A stretch of DNA of 64,000 nucleotides from a virus (lineage: Duplodnaviria > Heunggongvirae > Uroviricota > Caudoviricetes): the IMG/VR virus record IMGVR_UViG_3300020721_000006, one strand, 5' to 3'. Every line of letters starts with the position of its first letter. The first letter of the stretch is position 1. Below the pieces are notes generated by a model. That model ran no database searches and was not told the DNA's origin. It was given only the letters and a program-made list of their open reading frames with translations. Below are positions 36,256-44,139 of this stretch, one piece after another. The position numbers and the translations under genes are program-made.

Positions 36256-36438
36256 TTGTTTATATTGATCTTGATTACCTCACTTAAAGCACAGTTCCAT
36301 CATCAGATTGAATTACACACTATACAAGGCTTGAAAACTGAAAACCAATGCCAGACCATAGGTAAGAAATTATCAGACGAATTTAAGCATTTAAATGCCG
36401 ATATGGATGTAAAAATAATGTGTGAAGAAGGTAAATAG
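36256..36438 (+). CDS. hypothetical small protein (TTG start) or continuation of 36064 past in-frame TAG
   Basis: same frame as 36064. Confidence 0.3.
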   Translation: MFILILITSLKAQFHHQIELHTIQGLKTENQCQTIGKKLSDEFKHLNADMDVKIMCEEGK

Positions 36439-36445
36439 CCAGACA

Positions 36446-36476
36446 AAAGAAAGCCCGCATTTAGCGGGCTTTTTAT
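36446..36476. terminator. bidirectional rho-independent terminator AAAGCCCGC-attta-GCGGGCTTTTT
   Basis: perfect 8-bp GC stem flanked by A-run and T-run; ends both the rightward cluster and the leftward array. Confidence 0.7.
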
Positions 36477-36487
36477 TGCTTAAAATA

Positions 36488-36781
36488 TTAATTCATCTCA
36501 ATTGACAACAATGCCATTGAAAGTAAAGCTTCATTCTTAACACAGATCCAATAAATTCTTTTAGAGTAATGACCTTTACTCTCTACAGTTTCCCATTTAC
36601 CGGCATATTTAATATGACTAGCCATGCACCAAATATACCTAGTAGGACGTGGGTACCGTTCTTCTAAATAATTTTTAATGTTCATGTAATTAGAAATTCC
36701 TTCACCTGCACCAAATCTTACAGCGTGGGTAAATCCATGCTTAAATGCCCTATTTCTTCTATCTAACTTTACTATCTTCAT
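36488..36781 (-). CDS. hypothetical protein (97 aa), last gene of leftward array
   Basis: ATGA overlap with upstream gene. Confidence 0.5.
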   Translation of the reverse strand: MKIVKLDRRNRAFKHGFTHAVRFGAGEGISNYMNIKNYLEERYPRPTRYIWCMASHIKYAGKWETVESKGHYSKRIYWICVKNEALLSMALLSIEMN

Positions 36782-36954
36782 TTACTCCACCTCATTAAGA
36801 ACCAATTACGATCTTCTTCATTTTCAAACCAAAATACGCCAGATTTGTGTGTCCAACGTGTACCACGATTACCAAATGATGATTTCATCCACGCTGCTTG
36901 TTCTTTGACAATAGACGACAAACAGCAATGTTTAATCCAATAATTATACTTCAT
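36778..36954 (-). CDS. WF-family small protein (RNWFLMRWSK)
   Basis: start at second Met (ATGA overlap). Confidence 0.55.
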   Translation of the reverse strand: MKYNYWIKHCCLSSIVKEQAAWMKSSFGNRGTRWTHKSGVFWFENEEDRNWFLMRWSK

Positions 36955-37208
36955 CCCCATCTCAATAAAAACCAATTCATATCTTCTCTATTTTTAAAAT
37001 GAAAATGAGTTCCTGCTACGAGCACACGGTCTCTTCCAAAATTATGACACCAGTCATGAATTGGTGGCAAATAGGTTTCATGCCAACCAGAACCTGGTTG
37101 ATATAAATCATACCAATTAATGCTATAGATATCACACAATGAAAAAATAAGCCCATATTCATACTCTCTATCTAAAAAAGAAAATCTGTGAAACGTATAT
37201 TCTTTCAT
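36951..37208 (-). CDS. WF-family small protein (MNWFLLRWG)
   Basis: start corrected to MKEYTF. Confidence 0.55.
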   Translation of the reverse strand: MKEYTFHRFSFLDREYEYGLIFSLCDIYSINWYDLYQPGSGWHETYLPPIHDWCHNFGRDRVLVAGTHFHFKNREDMNWFLLRWG

Positions 37209-37432
37209 GACCACCTCAATACAAACCAATTATAATGCGCTTCACTTTCAAATGTAAGATATGTTTTTTCTAATGTTGCGTGAAATGGTTCTAACTCTTT
37301 ATTGATATTATCAATTCTAGCAATTCTATCAACATGTAATAATCCAACTAAACTCTTACTCTTAAGAACAGTCTCTTGGTAAAAGTTCAACCACCCTGGA
37401 ACAGTTATATAATTCTTTCTAATCTTTTTCAT
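37205..37432 (-). CDS. WF-family small protein (YNWFVLRWS)
   Basis: family motif. Confidence 0.55.
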   Translation of the reverse strand: MKKIRKNYITVPGWLNFYQETVLKSKSLVGLLHVDRIARIDNINKELEPFHATLEKTYLTFESEAHYNWFVLRWS

Positions 37433-37637
37433 GTCCCCACCTTAAAATAAACCAAGTATAATCTGCATCACTTAATGAATATTGATATGTCCCAGGCACC
37501 CATTTTGCCGACTTGTATCCAATACTATGTAAAAACATCTCGCCACCTTCTCTGGATGTATTTCCAATTCTACTAGAGAAGTGATTACTAAATAATTTTC
37601 GAAGTTCTGGATATGAAACTATTCGTATTGTTTTCAT
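37419..37637 (-). CDS. WF-family small protein (YTWFILRWG)
   Basis: start corrected to MKTIRI. Confidence 0.55.
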   Translation of the reverse strand: MKTIRIVSYPELRKLFSNHFSSRIGNTSREGGEMFLHSIGYKSAKWVPGTYQYSLSDADYTWFILRWGHEKD

Positions 37638-37852
37638 GAAAACCTCAATATAAACCAATTACGGTCTGCTTCATTTTTAAATTTAAATACATTACCGTAA
37701 TTGGTGCTAGTATAAATCCAACTACTGGATTTATTCAAGTTTTGTGGTTTACCCCATTGTTCTTCACACCATTTATACATTTCTTTACGTTTCTTAAAAT
37801 CTTCATCCGTTAAGACAATATGAAATGTATATAATTCTTCATCAATATACAT
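37634..37852 (-). CDS. WF-family small protein (KWCEEQWG ... RNWFILRFS)
   Basis: both motifs. Confidence 0.55.
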   Translation of the reverse strand: MYIDEELYTFHIVLTDEDFKKRKEMYKWCEEQWGKPQNLNKSSSWIYTSTNYGNVFKFKNEADRNWFILRFS

Positions 37853-37857
37853 TATGA

Positions 37858-38127
37858 TTATTTCCTATAAATATTATTACCATTCATGAATTGGACCATA
37901 ACAAATTCTTCTTCTGTATATTGTTTGCCATTTAAAAACCATGCTTTATACCCATTTGGGTATTCAACAGCAGGGCCATCCAGTCTATGTCTTTTGCCAT
38001 TTAACCACCATTCTTTATGACCAGTTATACCTTCATATGCTGGACCATCTTCTCGGTGTAATCGGCCATTTAATCGCCATGATTTAGTACCGTCTGGATA
38101 TTCATATTGTTTTGGTTGTGTTTTCAT
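37858..38127 (-). CDS. MORN-variant-like repeat protein (W-LNG-LHREDGPA x3)
   Basis: same repeat type as 19381/19614 but on opposite strand; start corrected to MKTQPK. Confidence 0.55.
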   Translation of the reverse strand: MKTQPKQYEYPDGTKSWRLNGRLHREDGPAYEGITGHKEWWLNGKRHRLDGPAVEYPNGYKAWFLNGKQYTEEEFVMVQFMNGNNIYRK

Positions 38128-38372
38128 GACCACCTCAATAAAAACCAATTTGCATATGCTTCGTTTCTAAATTTAACTTGAATTGTGCCAATAGTTGTTA
38201 GATAGAATGCCCATTCCTGGTCTTTAAGATAATAAGAATATCCACCGTTCTCTAAACCACCAAAACTTTCAACCAGCCAGTTGTATACCTGATTGGCATT
38301 TGATGGAACTTTTATTTCAATACAATAAAGTTTTTGACCAAGTAAGTCTGTGCTGCATCTAATATTGTTCAT
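38124..38372 (-). CDS. WF-family small protein (NWLVESFG ... ANWFLLRWS)
   Basis: both motifs. Confidence 0.55.
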   Translation of the reverse strand: MNNIRCSTDLLGQKLYCIEIKVPSNANQVYNWLVESFGGLENGGYSYYLKDQEWAFYLTTIGTIQVKFRNEAYANWFLLRWS

Positions 38373-38577
38373 TTGACCACCTTAACATAAACCAATTACG
38401 ATCTTCCTCCGTTAAAAATCTAATGCTAGGATAATCAAATTCTGTATTTACTACATGCCATTTTATTCCATGTTCACCAAATGTATCAGTACACCAATCA
38501 ATATATTCACTTAATAAGAAACGTTCGTTATTTTCTAAATCTATAAGATATATAAAAACTTCATTAAATGCTTTCAC
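38359..38577 (-). CDS. WF-family small protein (DWCTDTFG ... RNWFMLRWS), probable GTG start
   Basis: GTGA overlap analogous to ATGA overlaps elsewhere. Confidence 0.45.
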   Translation of the reverse strand: MKAFNEVFIYLIDLENNERFLLSEYIDWCTDTFGEHGIKWHVVNTEFDYPSIRFLTEEDRNWFMLRWSNEQY

Positions 38578-38816
38578 GACCACCTCAATACAAACCAATT
38601 ACGATCTTCTTCACGTAAGAAACAAAACAAATCACAATCATAGGATTCACGATAATCATGAACCCATCGTTCATATTGTTCACCAAAAGTTTCTTCACAC
38701 CATTCCCATAATGCTTCTGCCCAATCTACATTTTCTTGCAATGTAGATTCTATTTTCAATCTATCATCATAGTATAAATTAACCTGCCAGACAAATTCTT
38801 CTTTATAAAGTTCCAT
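38574..38816 (-). CDS. WF-family small protein (EWCEETFG ... RNWFVLRWS)
   Basis: start at MELYKEEF one nt after upstream stop. Confidence 0.55.
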   Translation of the reverse strand: MELYKEEFVWQVNLYYDDRLKIESTLQENVDWAEALWEWCEETFGEQYERWVHDYRESYDCDLFCFLREEDRNWFVLRWS

Positions 38817-38817
38817 T

Positions 38818-39045
38818 TTAACTCCACTTAAAAATAAACCAGGTCTTGTGTTCTGGTTTTTTAAATGTAATTTTAAATCCATCATACAAATTACCACCAA
38901 TAGTTGCATTAAATTCTGAATTTAACATAGTATCTAACTCTACACTATTGACAATTTTATAATGTTTAACATAATGTTTAATAAAATTTATCCAATATAA
39001 CGGACACCTGTGTAGTTCGCCTGGTAATTGAATTACATTATCCAT
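38818..39045 (-). CDS. WF-family variant (FKKPEHKTWFIFKWS)
   Basis: family motif. Confidence 0.5.
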   Translation of the reverse strand: MDNVIQLPGELHRCPLYWINFIKHYVKHYKIVNSVELDTMLNSEFNATIGGNLYDGFKITFKKPEHKTWFIFKWS

Positions 39046-39392
39046 TATGCTACCGTATATTCAATATCATCTGGTAATTCAAAATGAAAATTAAACTTTG
39101 GAAAACGTTCATGTGCAACCTCTAATGCTTCGTCTACTGATTCACCTTGTGATACAAATGTCCCACATTCTTTAAACCACATCATAATTTGATTACCATG
39201 TTTCTCAACTTCTAATTCTACATACTCATATCCCTCATCACTTTCAACAGTATATGATCTAGTAGCGTTGTCAAATAACTCTATAACTGATTTTGGATCT
39301 CGTGCATAAGCACGCATTATTATTTTATTCCATAAAAATCCACCAATAAACATGCCAAACAAAAATGCACCAATTACTAATAAAATCATCAT
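39045..39392 (-). CDS. N-terminal TM protein (115 aa); paralog of frameshifted 22949
   Basis: ORF. Confidence 0.5.
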   Translation of the reverse strand: MMILLVIGAFLFGMFIGGFLWNKIIMRAYARDPKSVIELFDNATRSYTVESDEGYEYVELEVEKHGNQIMMWFKECGTFVSQGESVDEALEVAHERFPKFNFHFELPDDIEYTVA

Positions 39393-39393
39393 A

Positions 39394-39843
39394 TTATTTT
39401 CCTCTTGTTAGTTTACTTAATAATAAAAAATTGTCATAACTTTGTTGTAAAGCTGGGTTCTCTAATATTTCTTCAGCTTCTTTAATCATTTCTGAAACAC
39501 CAGCTCTCACAGCTTCCATTATAGTAGAAGTTTTCAATCTACACAAGTCTTCCCCATAGACTTCTCTCATACGGTCCCATGCTTCTTTTTGTTCTTGTGT
39601 ATATGGTGGTATTTCTGGAGTATAAGTCAACTTATCTACAATAATAGCAGCAATGCGGTCTTCTGCATAACTTCCAGCAGCAATCATTGGTGCAAATGCT
39701 GGTTCAATGTTATATCGTCTAGATCTAGACCCTGGTTTGCATACTGTTAGATGAGTGCCTTCTGGCCAAGAATCGTTAAATTCATTGTCATATTCACGTG
39801 CAGGAATATATTTTCTGCCTTTTTTGATAAAATAAGTAGTCAT
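39394..39843 (-). CDS. hypothetical protein (149 aa)
   Basis: ORF. Confidence 0.5.
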   Translation of the reverse strand: MTTYFIKKGRKYIPAREYDNEFNDSWPEGTHLTVCKPGSRSRRYNIEPAFAPMIAAGSYAEDRIAAIIVDKLTYTPEIPPYTQEQKEAWDRMREVYGEDLCRLKTSTIMEAVRAGVSEMIKEAEEILENPALQQSYDNFLLLSKLTRGK

Positions 39844-39896
39844 TGATGGTTCCTGTAATCGTTAAAGTTCTATTATAACAATTACAGGAATAGATG

Positions 39897-40160
39897 TCAA
39901 GTAGAAAACTTGATTGTGTAGAATGTGTAATCTGATGGTTTAATATAAGCTGTTATATAATATTCGTATCCAAGGGTATATGGATGGTAATGTTTAACTA
40001 CCTCTATATGTATACAATGATTACTAACCCATTGTCCTTCTTCAGAATTTAGCCAAATATCTAATATTTCATTCTGTGTCGGTGATGTCATATATATTAC
40101 CACTCTATGAAATATTTTTCTTTCATACACGGAGTCGTTAAATATCTTAAAATTATCCAT
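39897..40160 (-). CDS. degenerate WF-family-like protein (YTFYTIKFST)
   Basis: ORF. Confidence 0.4.
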   Translation of the reverse strand: MDNFKIFNDSVYERKIFHRVVIYMTSPTQNEILDIWLNSEEGQWVSNHCIHIEVVKHYHPYTLGYEYYITAYIKPSDYTFYTIKFST

Positions 40161-40163
40161 GTA

Positions 40164-40349
40164 TTATCCCCACTTTAACAAATACCAAGTAAAATCTGAT
40201 TCATTTCTAAAGTAGATATAGTTTTGAAACTGAAACCATCGGTTGGTATCAACTTTAAATTGTTCAGTACACCAGGTAACTTGGTCCCATCGTGTACTAT
40301 TACAACTAGATAGCAGTACACCATAATAATCGTGTAATTCTTCAGACAT
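40164..40349 (-). CDS. WF-family small protein (FTWYLLKWG)
   Basis: family motif. Confidence 0.5.
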   Translation of the reverse strand: MSEELHDYYGVLLSSCNSTRWDQVTWCTEQFKVDTNRWFQFQNYIYFRNESDFTWYLLKWG

Positions 40350-40623
40350 TTTTATAATTGGTACTAGTTTCTTCTTTGTCCCACTTTAAAACAGCCCATG
40401 TATATTTTGCTTTTGCTTCTTCTTCATTGTCATATTTCCAACCAAACTTATTGATTCTATTTTGACTATTCAATATAGAATCATATTCTGTCATCTTATC
40501 TGCCGCTGTCCAAAACCGGTGTCTTAAATTTAAATCTATTTGATAATATTTTTGTTTTCTTACAGAATGTTCAGATAGCGAAAATTTATCAGATTTGTTT
40601 AATAATTTATGGCTATTTCTCAT
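40342..40623 (-). CDS. WF-family-like protein (YTWAVLKWD + tail)
   Basis: family motif with C-terminal extension. Confidence 0.45.
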   Translation of the reverse strand: MRNSHKLLNKSDKFSLSEHSVRKQKYYQIDLNLRHRFWTAADKMTEYDSILNSQNRINKFGWKYDNEEEAKAKYTWAVLKWDKEETSTNYKNV

Positions 40624-40630
40624 TATTCTC

Positions 40631-40861
40631 TTATTTTTCTTCTTTTTTAGGAACTCTTTCAGACCATCTTAATAAAAAGAAATCACGATGGCCTTCATTT
40701 TTAAATGACCATAACCTATCAGTCATAAAAATTCCACAATTAGAGCTTTCACTCCAATCAATCATTTCATCGCGTAAATCATCATTCATTTCATCACGGT
40801 CAAATGATAGACCTGGTAGTTTGAACATTCCCACGGATACGTGCTTCATATAACTCTCCAC
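40631..40861 (-). CDS. WF-family small protein (RDFFLLRWS + basic tail)
   Basis: family motif. Confidence 0.5.
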   Translation of the reverse strand: MESYMKHVSVGMFKLPGLSFDRDEMNDDLRDEMIDWSESSNCGIFMTDRLWSFKNEGHRDFFLLRWSERVPKKEEK

Positions 40862-40878
40862 ATAAAATTAAAAATAAT

Positions 40879-40907
40879 ATTGTATAATAAAACTGGTTAA
40901 ATGTCAA
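40879..40907 (-). promoter_or_regulatory. internal promoter TTGACA-N17-TACAAT (minus strand)
   Basis: -35 40902-40907, -10 40879-40884. Confidence 0.4.
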
Positions 40908-41218
40908 CTCAAAAATTCACTATACTTTAATAAGAAAAAAGTTCTCTTTGGCTCACTATAAAAATCTAAGTGTATCATATTGGAATAATACCCTCTAGAT
41001 GGTTGAATCATATAAGTTTCATCTACAATTTTATTAGCATATTGTTTCATGAATTCATCGTACATTGGATTTTCTATCCATGTACGATGCGACCTTGATG
41101 TAAATCCCAAAACTTTCTTAGTTTTTTCTCTTATGGCTAGAACACTTTTTGGATAATCTTTATACATTTCTATTAATAAATTATGCCATTGCATCTCTGA
41201 TATTATTACTGGTTTCAT
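40904..41218 (-). CDS. WF-family-like protein (RTFFLLKYS)
   Basis: start corrected to MKPVII. Confidence 0.45.
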   Translation of the reverse strand: MKPVIISEMQWHNLLIEMYKDYPKSVLAIREKTKKVLGFTSRSHRTWIENPMYDEFMKQYANKIVDETYMIQPSRGYYSNMIHLDFYSEPKRTFFLLKYSEFLS

Positions 41219-41427
41219 TGCCACCTCATTAAGAACCATTGATAATGCGCTGTACTTTCAAATGTGAGAACACGATCTTGATATATTGCATTAAATTTTT
41301 GTAATTCAGCATTACGAATTTCCAACCACAGTTCTTCATCATTCCCAGACATGCTATCACAATGATCACGAAGATTCAATATTACGGTGTCTGGCATATA
41401 ACTGATACTTATTTTTACTTCATCCAT
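41215..41427 (-). CDS. WF-family small protein (YQWFLMRWQ)
   Basis: family motif. Confidence 0.5.
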   Translation of the reverse strand: MDEVKISISYMPDTVILNLRDHCDSMSGNDEELWLEIRNAELQKFNAIYQDRVLTFESTAHYQWFLMRWQ

Positions 41428-41678
41428 TTTAATCTAAACCATGTCATTTGGGCACGTTTTAATTTCCTAGCATCAAATTCTACATACCATTCTGTCTCAC
41501 GACCGTAATCATTCCAGTGATACCGTTTAATCATTGCCCAACCTTTGCCAGTTATATAGTCGGTAGACCAAAATTTGTGGTCATCTATTGGTCCAAAATG
41601 TTTTATTAACCATTCTTGAAGTTCTGTGTATTCAGGACTATCATATTCTATTAAATCTTTAACTTGTTTTCTAAGCAC
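41415..41678 (-). CDS. WF-family small protein (EWLIKHFG ... MTWFRLKWMK)
   Basis: both motifs. Confidence 0.5.
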   Translation of the reverse strand: MLRKQVKDLIEYDSPEYTELQEWLIKHFGPIDDHKFWSTDYITGKGWAMIKRYHWNDYGRETEWYVEFDARKLKRAQMTWFRLKWMK

Positions 41679-42015
41679 TGTGTTTTATCAAATAAAATGT
41701 TAAATATTCATTATCCAAAATAGCCATATCAGTTGGATATCTATTGTGTTCGCCTTTGTACCATGTATTGGTATTCGCATTTAAGATTTGTATCTTAACC
41801 ATCTTTGGATTGAGTTTTATAACTTTTGCTACTTCTAATCTATTATAGACACTAACAGCTACAAAATCACCAACTTTGATCTTACGACCGATTATATCAA
41901 AATGAACTAGTTCCTTTTTAGGGGTTCTCTTCTTCTCTGTCATATACTTCCCATGTATTATTTTCATAGTCCCAATGTCTTGTATCATAAACTGTATATT
42001 CCAGAGTATAACCAA
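41671..42015 (-). CDS. hypothetical protein (start uncertain)
   Basis: ORF. Confidence 0.4.
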   Translation of the reverse strand: MVILWNIQFMIQDIGTMKIIHGKYMTEKKRTPKKELVHFDIIGRKIKVGDFVAVSVYNRLEVAKVIKLNPKMVKIQILNANTNTWYKGEHNRYPTDMAILDNEYLTFYLIKHSA

Positions 42016-42208
42016 ACAACCCTAATTTAGTATTCAACCCTGCGTGGTCACAGTTAATACTTAAACAAAACTCGATATTAATAATTTGATCTGTGCGATA
42101 TAGATTAAGTTCCCATGCTTTATGGGTTGTAAGTAACCCATTTGTCCCCCAAATCAAATTCCAAGTATTAGACCAAGGATTTGAAATTAAAAAATTAAAA
42201 GTTATCAT
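41918..42208 (-). CDS. hypothetical protein (96 aa)
   Basis: ORF. Confidence 0.45.
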   Translation of the reverse strand: MITFNFLISNPWSNTWNLIWGTNGLLTTHKAWELNLYRTDQIINIEFCLSINCDHAGLNTKLGLFGYTLEYTVYDTRHWDYENNTWEVYDREEENP

Positions 42209-42565
42209 TTATATCACCAAACAAAATGCAAGATAGCCAATATAACACAAATGATGAAAAAGCTGGTCAAGACCGATATGACACCAAAATTGTTTATCAT
42301 TCATATCACGATTACCATAATTCATTTTAATCCAATCGATATGGTAATGTAAAATTATATCAATTATACCAATAAATAATGCTTGGTTGAATGGAACTAT
42401 GAATAAGAAAATAGCATAAGTTAAAAGACCATGTTTAACACTATGCCCTACACCAATCATATTACCATATATGCCTTTTGTCTGAACTTCATCTTGCGAT
42501 TGATTCATGAAATCCACATGGTAATGTTTTAATTGTAAAAATACAAGGACTAATAATATGTCCAT
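42209..42565 (-). CDS. small polytopic membrane protein with His-rich motifs (HYHIDW ... LFHHLCY)
   Basis: three hydrophobic segments, paired His boxes. Confidence 0.45.
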   Translation of the reverse strand: MDILLVLVFLQLKHYHVDFMNQSQDEVQTKGIYGNMIGVGHSVKHGLLTYAIFLFIVPFNQALFIGIIDIILHYHIDWIKMNYGNRDMNDKQFWCHIGLDQLFHHLCYIGYLAFCLVI

Positions 42566-42601
42566 AAAAATCTCCGAATTTAAATTATTAGTATACTACA
42601 G

Positions 42602-42937
42602 TTATTTGTTATTGTCAAGGTTTTCTTCAGCTTGACATATTTGTTTAACCATATTGTAATTGTTCTTGGCATTTAATAATGCTGGATACTTTTCAAGTAT
42701 ATCCTTTTCATTCATCTCTTCTATCATCTTTTGTTTAGCCCATTCTAATATTTGTACTGCTTCAAATGATAAATCTACCGCAGCATCTCCTTGTAATTCG
42801 TACCACGCGGTACCAGAATTATATTCTACTCTACCATTTTTATACCTCATTTGACCACATTCTGCTAATGGGTCTAAATTGGATGAGTTAAAATTATAAG
42901 ATGTTAGATATCGCCCTGTTGTTATTTTATTGATCAT
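42602..42937 (-). CDS. hypothetical protein (111 aa)
   Basis: ORF. Confidence 0.45.
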   Translation of the reverse strand: MINKITTGRYLTSYNFNSSNLDPLAECGQMRYKNGRVEYNSGTAWYELQGDAAVDLSFEAVQILEWAKQKMIEEMNEKDILEKYPALLNAKNNYNMVKQICQAEENLDNNK

Positions 42938-43110
42938 AGTTCTTTCACGTTAAATTTTAATAGTAAAAATGTTAAATCTGAATCATTTGTCAGTCTAAGA
43001 TCCACTAAATTTTTTAAATCCCACCGAGTGCCATAGCCACCCCAATTATTATTGATATACCAAATTACTTCCATTGGGTCTTCAAATTTCCAAATTGGTA
43101 TTGATATCAT
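42934..43110 (-). CDS. WF-family-like small protein (58 aa; TFLLLKFNVKEL)
   Basis: below track cutoff; ATGA overlap with downstream gene. Confidence 0.4.
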   Translation of the reverse strand: MISIPIWKFEDPMEVIWYINNNWGGYGTRWDLKNLVDLRLTNDSDLTFLLLKFNVKEL

Positions 43111-43328
43111 ATTCCAAACTTAATCCTAAATAACATATACTTTTGTTCATTTACAATTATGTAGTTTGCAGTAATATACCCATCTATTGTTATAGATATT
43201 CCATATGTTTTTTCAATATATTCAGACAAATCTGCAAATTTCTTATGACATTCTGTAGATGCAATAGTTCTAATTATTTGATAAAACTTATCACGTTTTA
43301 TACGTTCTTCGGCTAATTTTGGATCCAT
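43107..43328 (-). CDS. degenerate WF-family-like protein (YMLFRIKFGI)
   Basis: start corrected to MDPKLA. Confidence 0.4.
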   Translation of the reverse strand: MDPKLAEERIKRDKFYQIIRTIASTECHKKFADLSEYIEKTYGISITIDGYITANYIIVNEQKYMLFRIKFGI

Positions 43329-43561
43329 TATTTCCACCTTAATATAAACCAAGTGTACACATCTTCTCTAAGATCATAGCAATTTTCTTCCTGCCAATAA
43401 TCCTTAAATCTACGGTTTGCAGTATACCGCCATCCATCTGATTGGTTAATAATCCAATCGTTTATCTCTGGTCTATTAGATCTAATCGTATACCATTTTT
43501 CATTTAAATCTTGGACAACCCGAACATTTTCATATGGTTTTGTAAATGCAGATGGAACCAA
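43328..43561 (-). CDS. WF-family small protein (YTWFILRWK)
   Basis: family motif. Confidence 0.5.
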   Translation of the reverse strand: MVPSAFTKPYENVRVVQDLNEKWYTIRSNRPEINDWIINQSDGWRYTANRRFKDYWQEENCYDLREDVYTWFILRWK

Positions 43562-43597
43562 AATATGATTAAAAAAAGATTTCAGAACACAAATTTT

Positions 43598-43798
43598 TCA
43601 TTCTGAACACCATCTTAATGCAAACATTGTTGAATCAATATCACGATATAACGTTAAAACACCACCTTGCATATTAAATTTCATTTTACGTTCTCGAAGC
43701 CATTCTGCTACATTATTCCATTCTACTGTTGTTAGACCTTTTTCGTTATTACTTAATAAAAAGCTATTATTTTCAAATGGCATTTTACGTATTCTCAT
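43598..43798 (-). CDS. WF-family-like small protein (TMFALRWCSE)
   Basis: start corrected to MRIRKM. Confidence 0.45.
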   Translation of the reverse strand: MRIRKMPFENNSFLLSNNEKGLTTVEWNNVAEWLRERKMKFNMQGGVLTLYRDIDSTMFALRWCSE

Positions 43799-44076
43799 CC
43801 CCACCTCAATGCAAACCAATTACGGTCTGCTTCATCCTTTATTAAAATTCTTTCAGATCCAAGCCAACACCATTTAGGATTTACTTCACCCATACATGCT
43901 ATTTCCTCATATTCATAGTATTCACAACTTGGTCCAAACTGTTCCCAACACCATTGGCGGATATCACGTACTCTAGCCATATTTTCTGATTTATTATAAT
44001 GATACATTAACGCCATATAGGTAAAATATGAATTACCATTGTGTCTACCATCCATCTTTTGTATTTTTATTTTCAT
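43795..44076 (-). CDS. WF-family protein (QWCWEQFG ... RNWFALRWG), first gene of leftward array
   Basis: both motifs. Confidence 0.55.
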   Translation of the reverse strand: MKIKIQKMDGRHNGNSYFTYMALMYHYNKSENMARVRDIRQWCWEQFGPSCEYYEYEEIACMGEVNPKWCWLGSERILIKDEADRNWFALRWG

Positions 44077-44103
44077 AATTTAATCTAAATTTAGTAAATG
44101 TCC

Positions 44104-44132
44104 ATTATATTACAAATGATGTTGAATGTCAA
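44104..44132 (-). promoter_or_regulatory. consensus promoter TTGACA-N17-TATAAT (minus strand) driving the leftward small-gene array
   Basis: -35 44127-44132, -10 44104-44109. Confidence 0.6.
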
Positions 44133-44139
44133 TAAATAA

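Noticed and set aside
36778-44076. ORF-track N-termini MVFIEVVMK / MVCIEVVMK / MVYIEVFMK on many leftward-array genes looked like a conserved N-terminal motif
   Set aside because: They are the conserved C-terminal codons of the upstream gene (TGG TTT NTN TTR AGG TGG TC) read in another frame; real starts are the following Met with ATGA overlap.
36488-44076. Regularly spaced ~220-250 bp repeating units suggested a CRISPR-like or satellite array
   Set aside because: Units are protein-coding paralogs with codon-level divergence, no identical direct repeats or spacers.
44131-44138. AATAAATA box directly before epimerase ATG as a late promoter
   Set aside because: Only 1-2 nt from the start codon and overlapping the divergent early promoter; too ambiguous to call.
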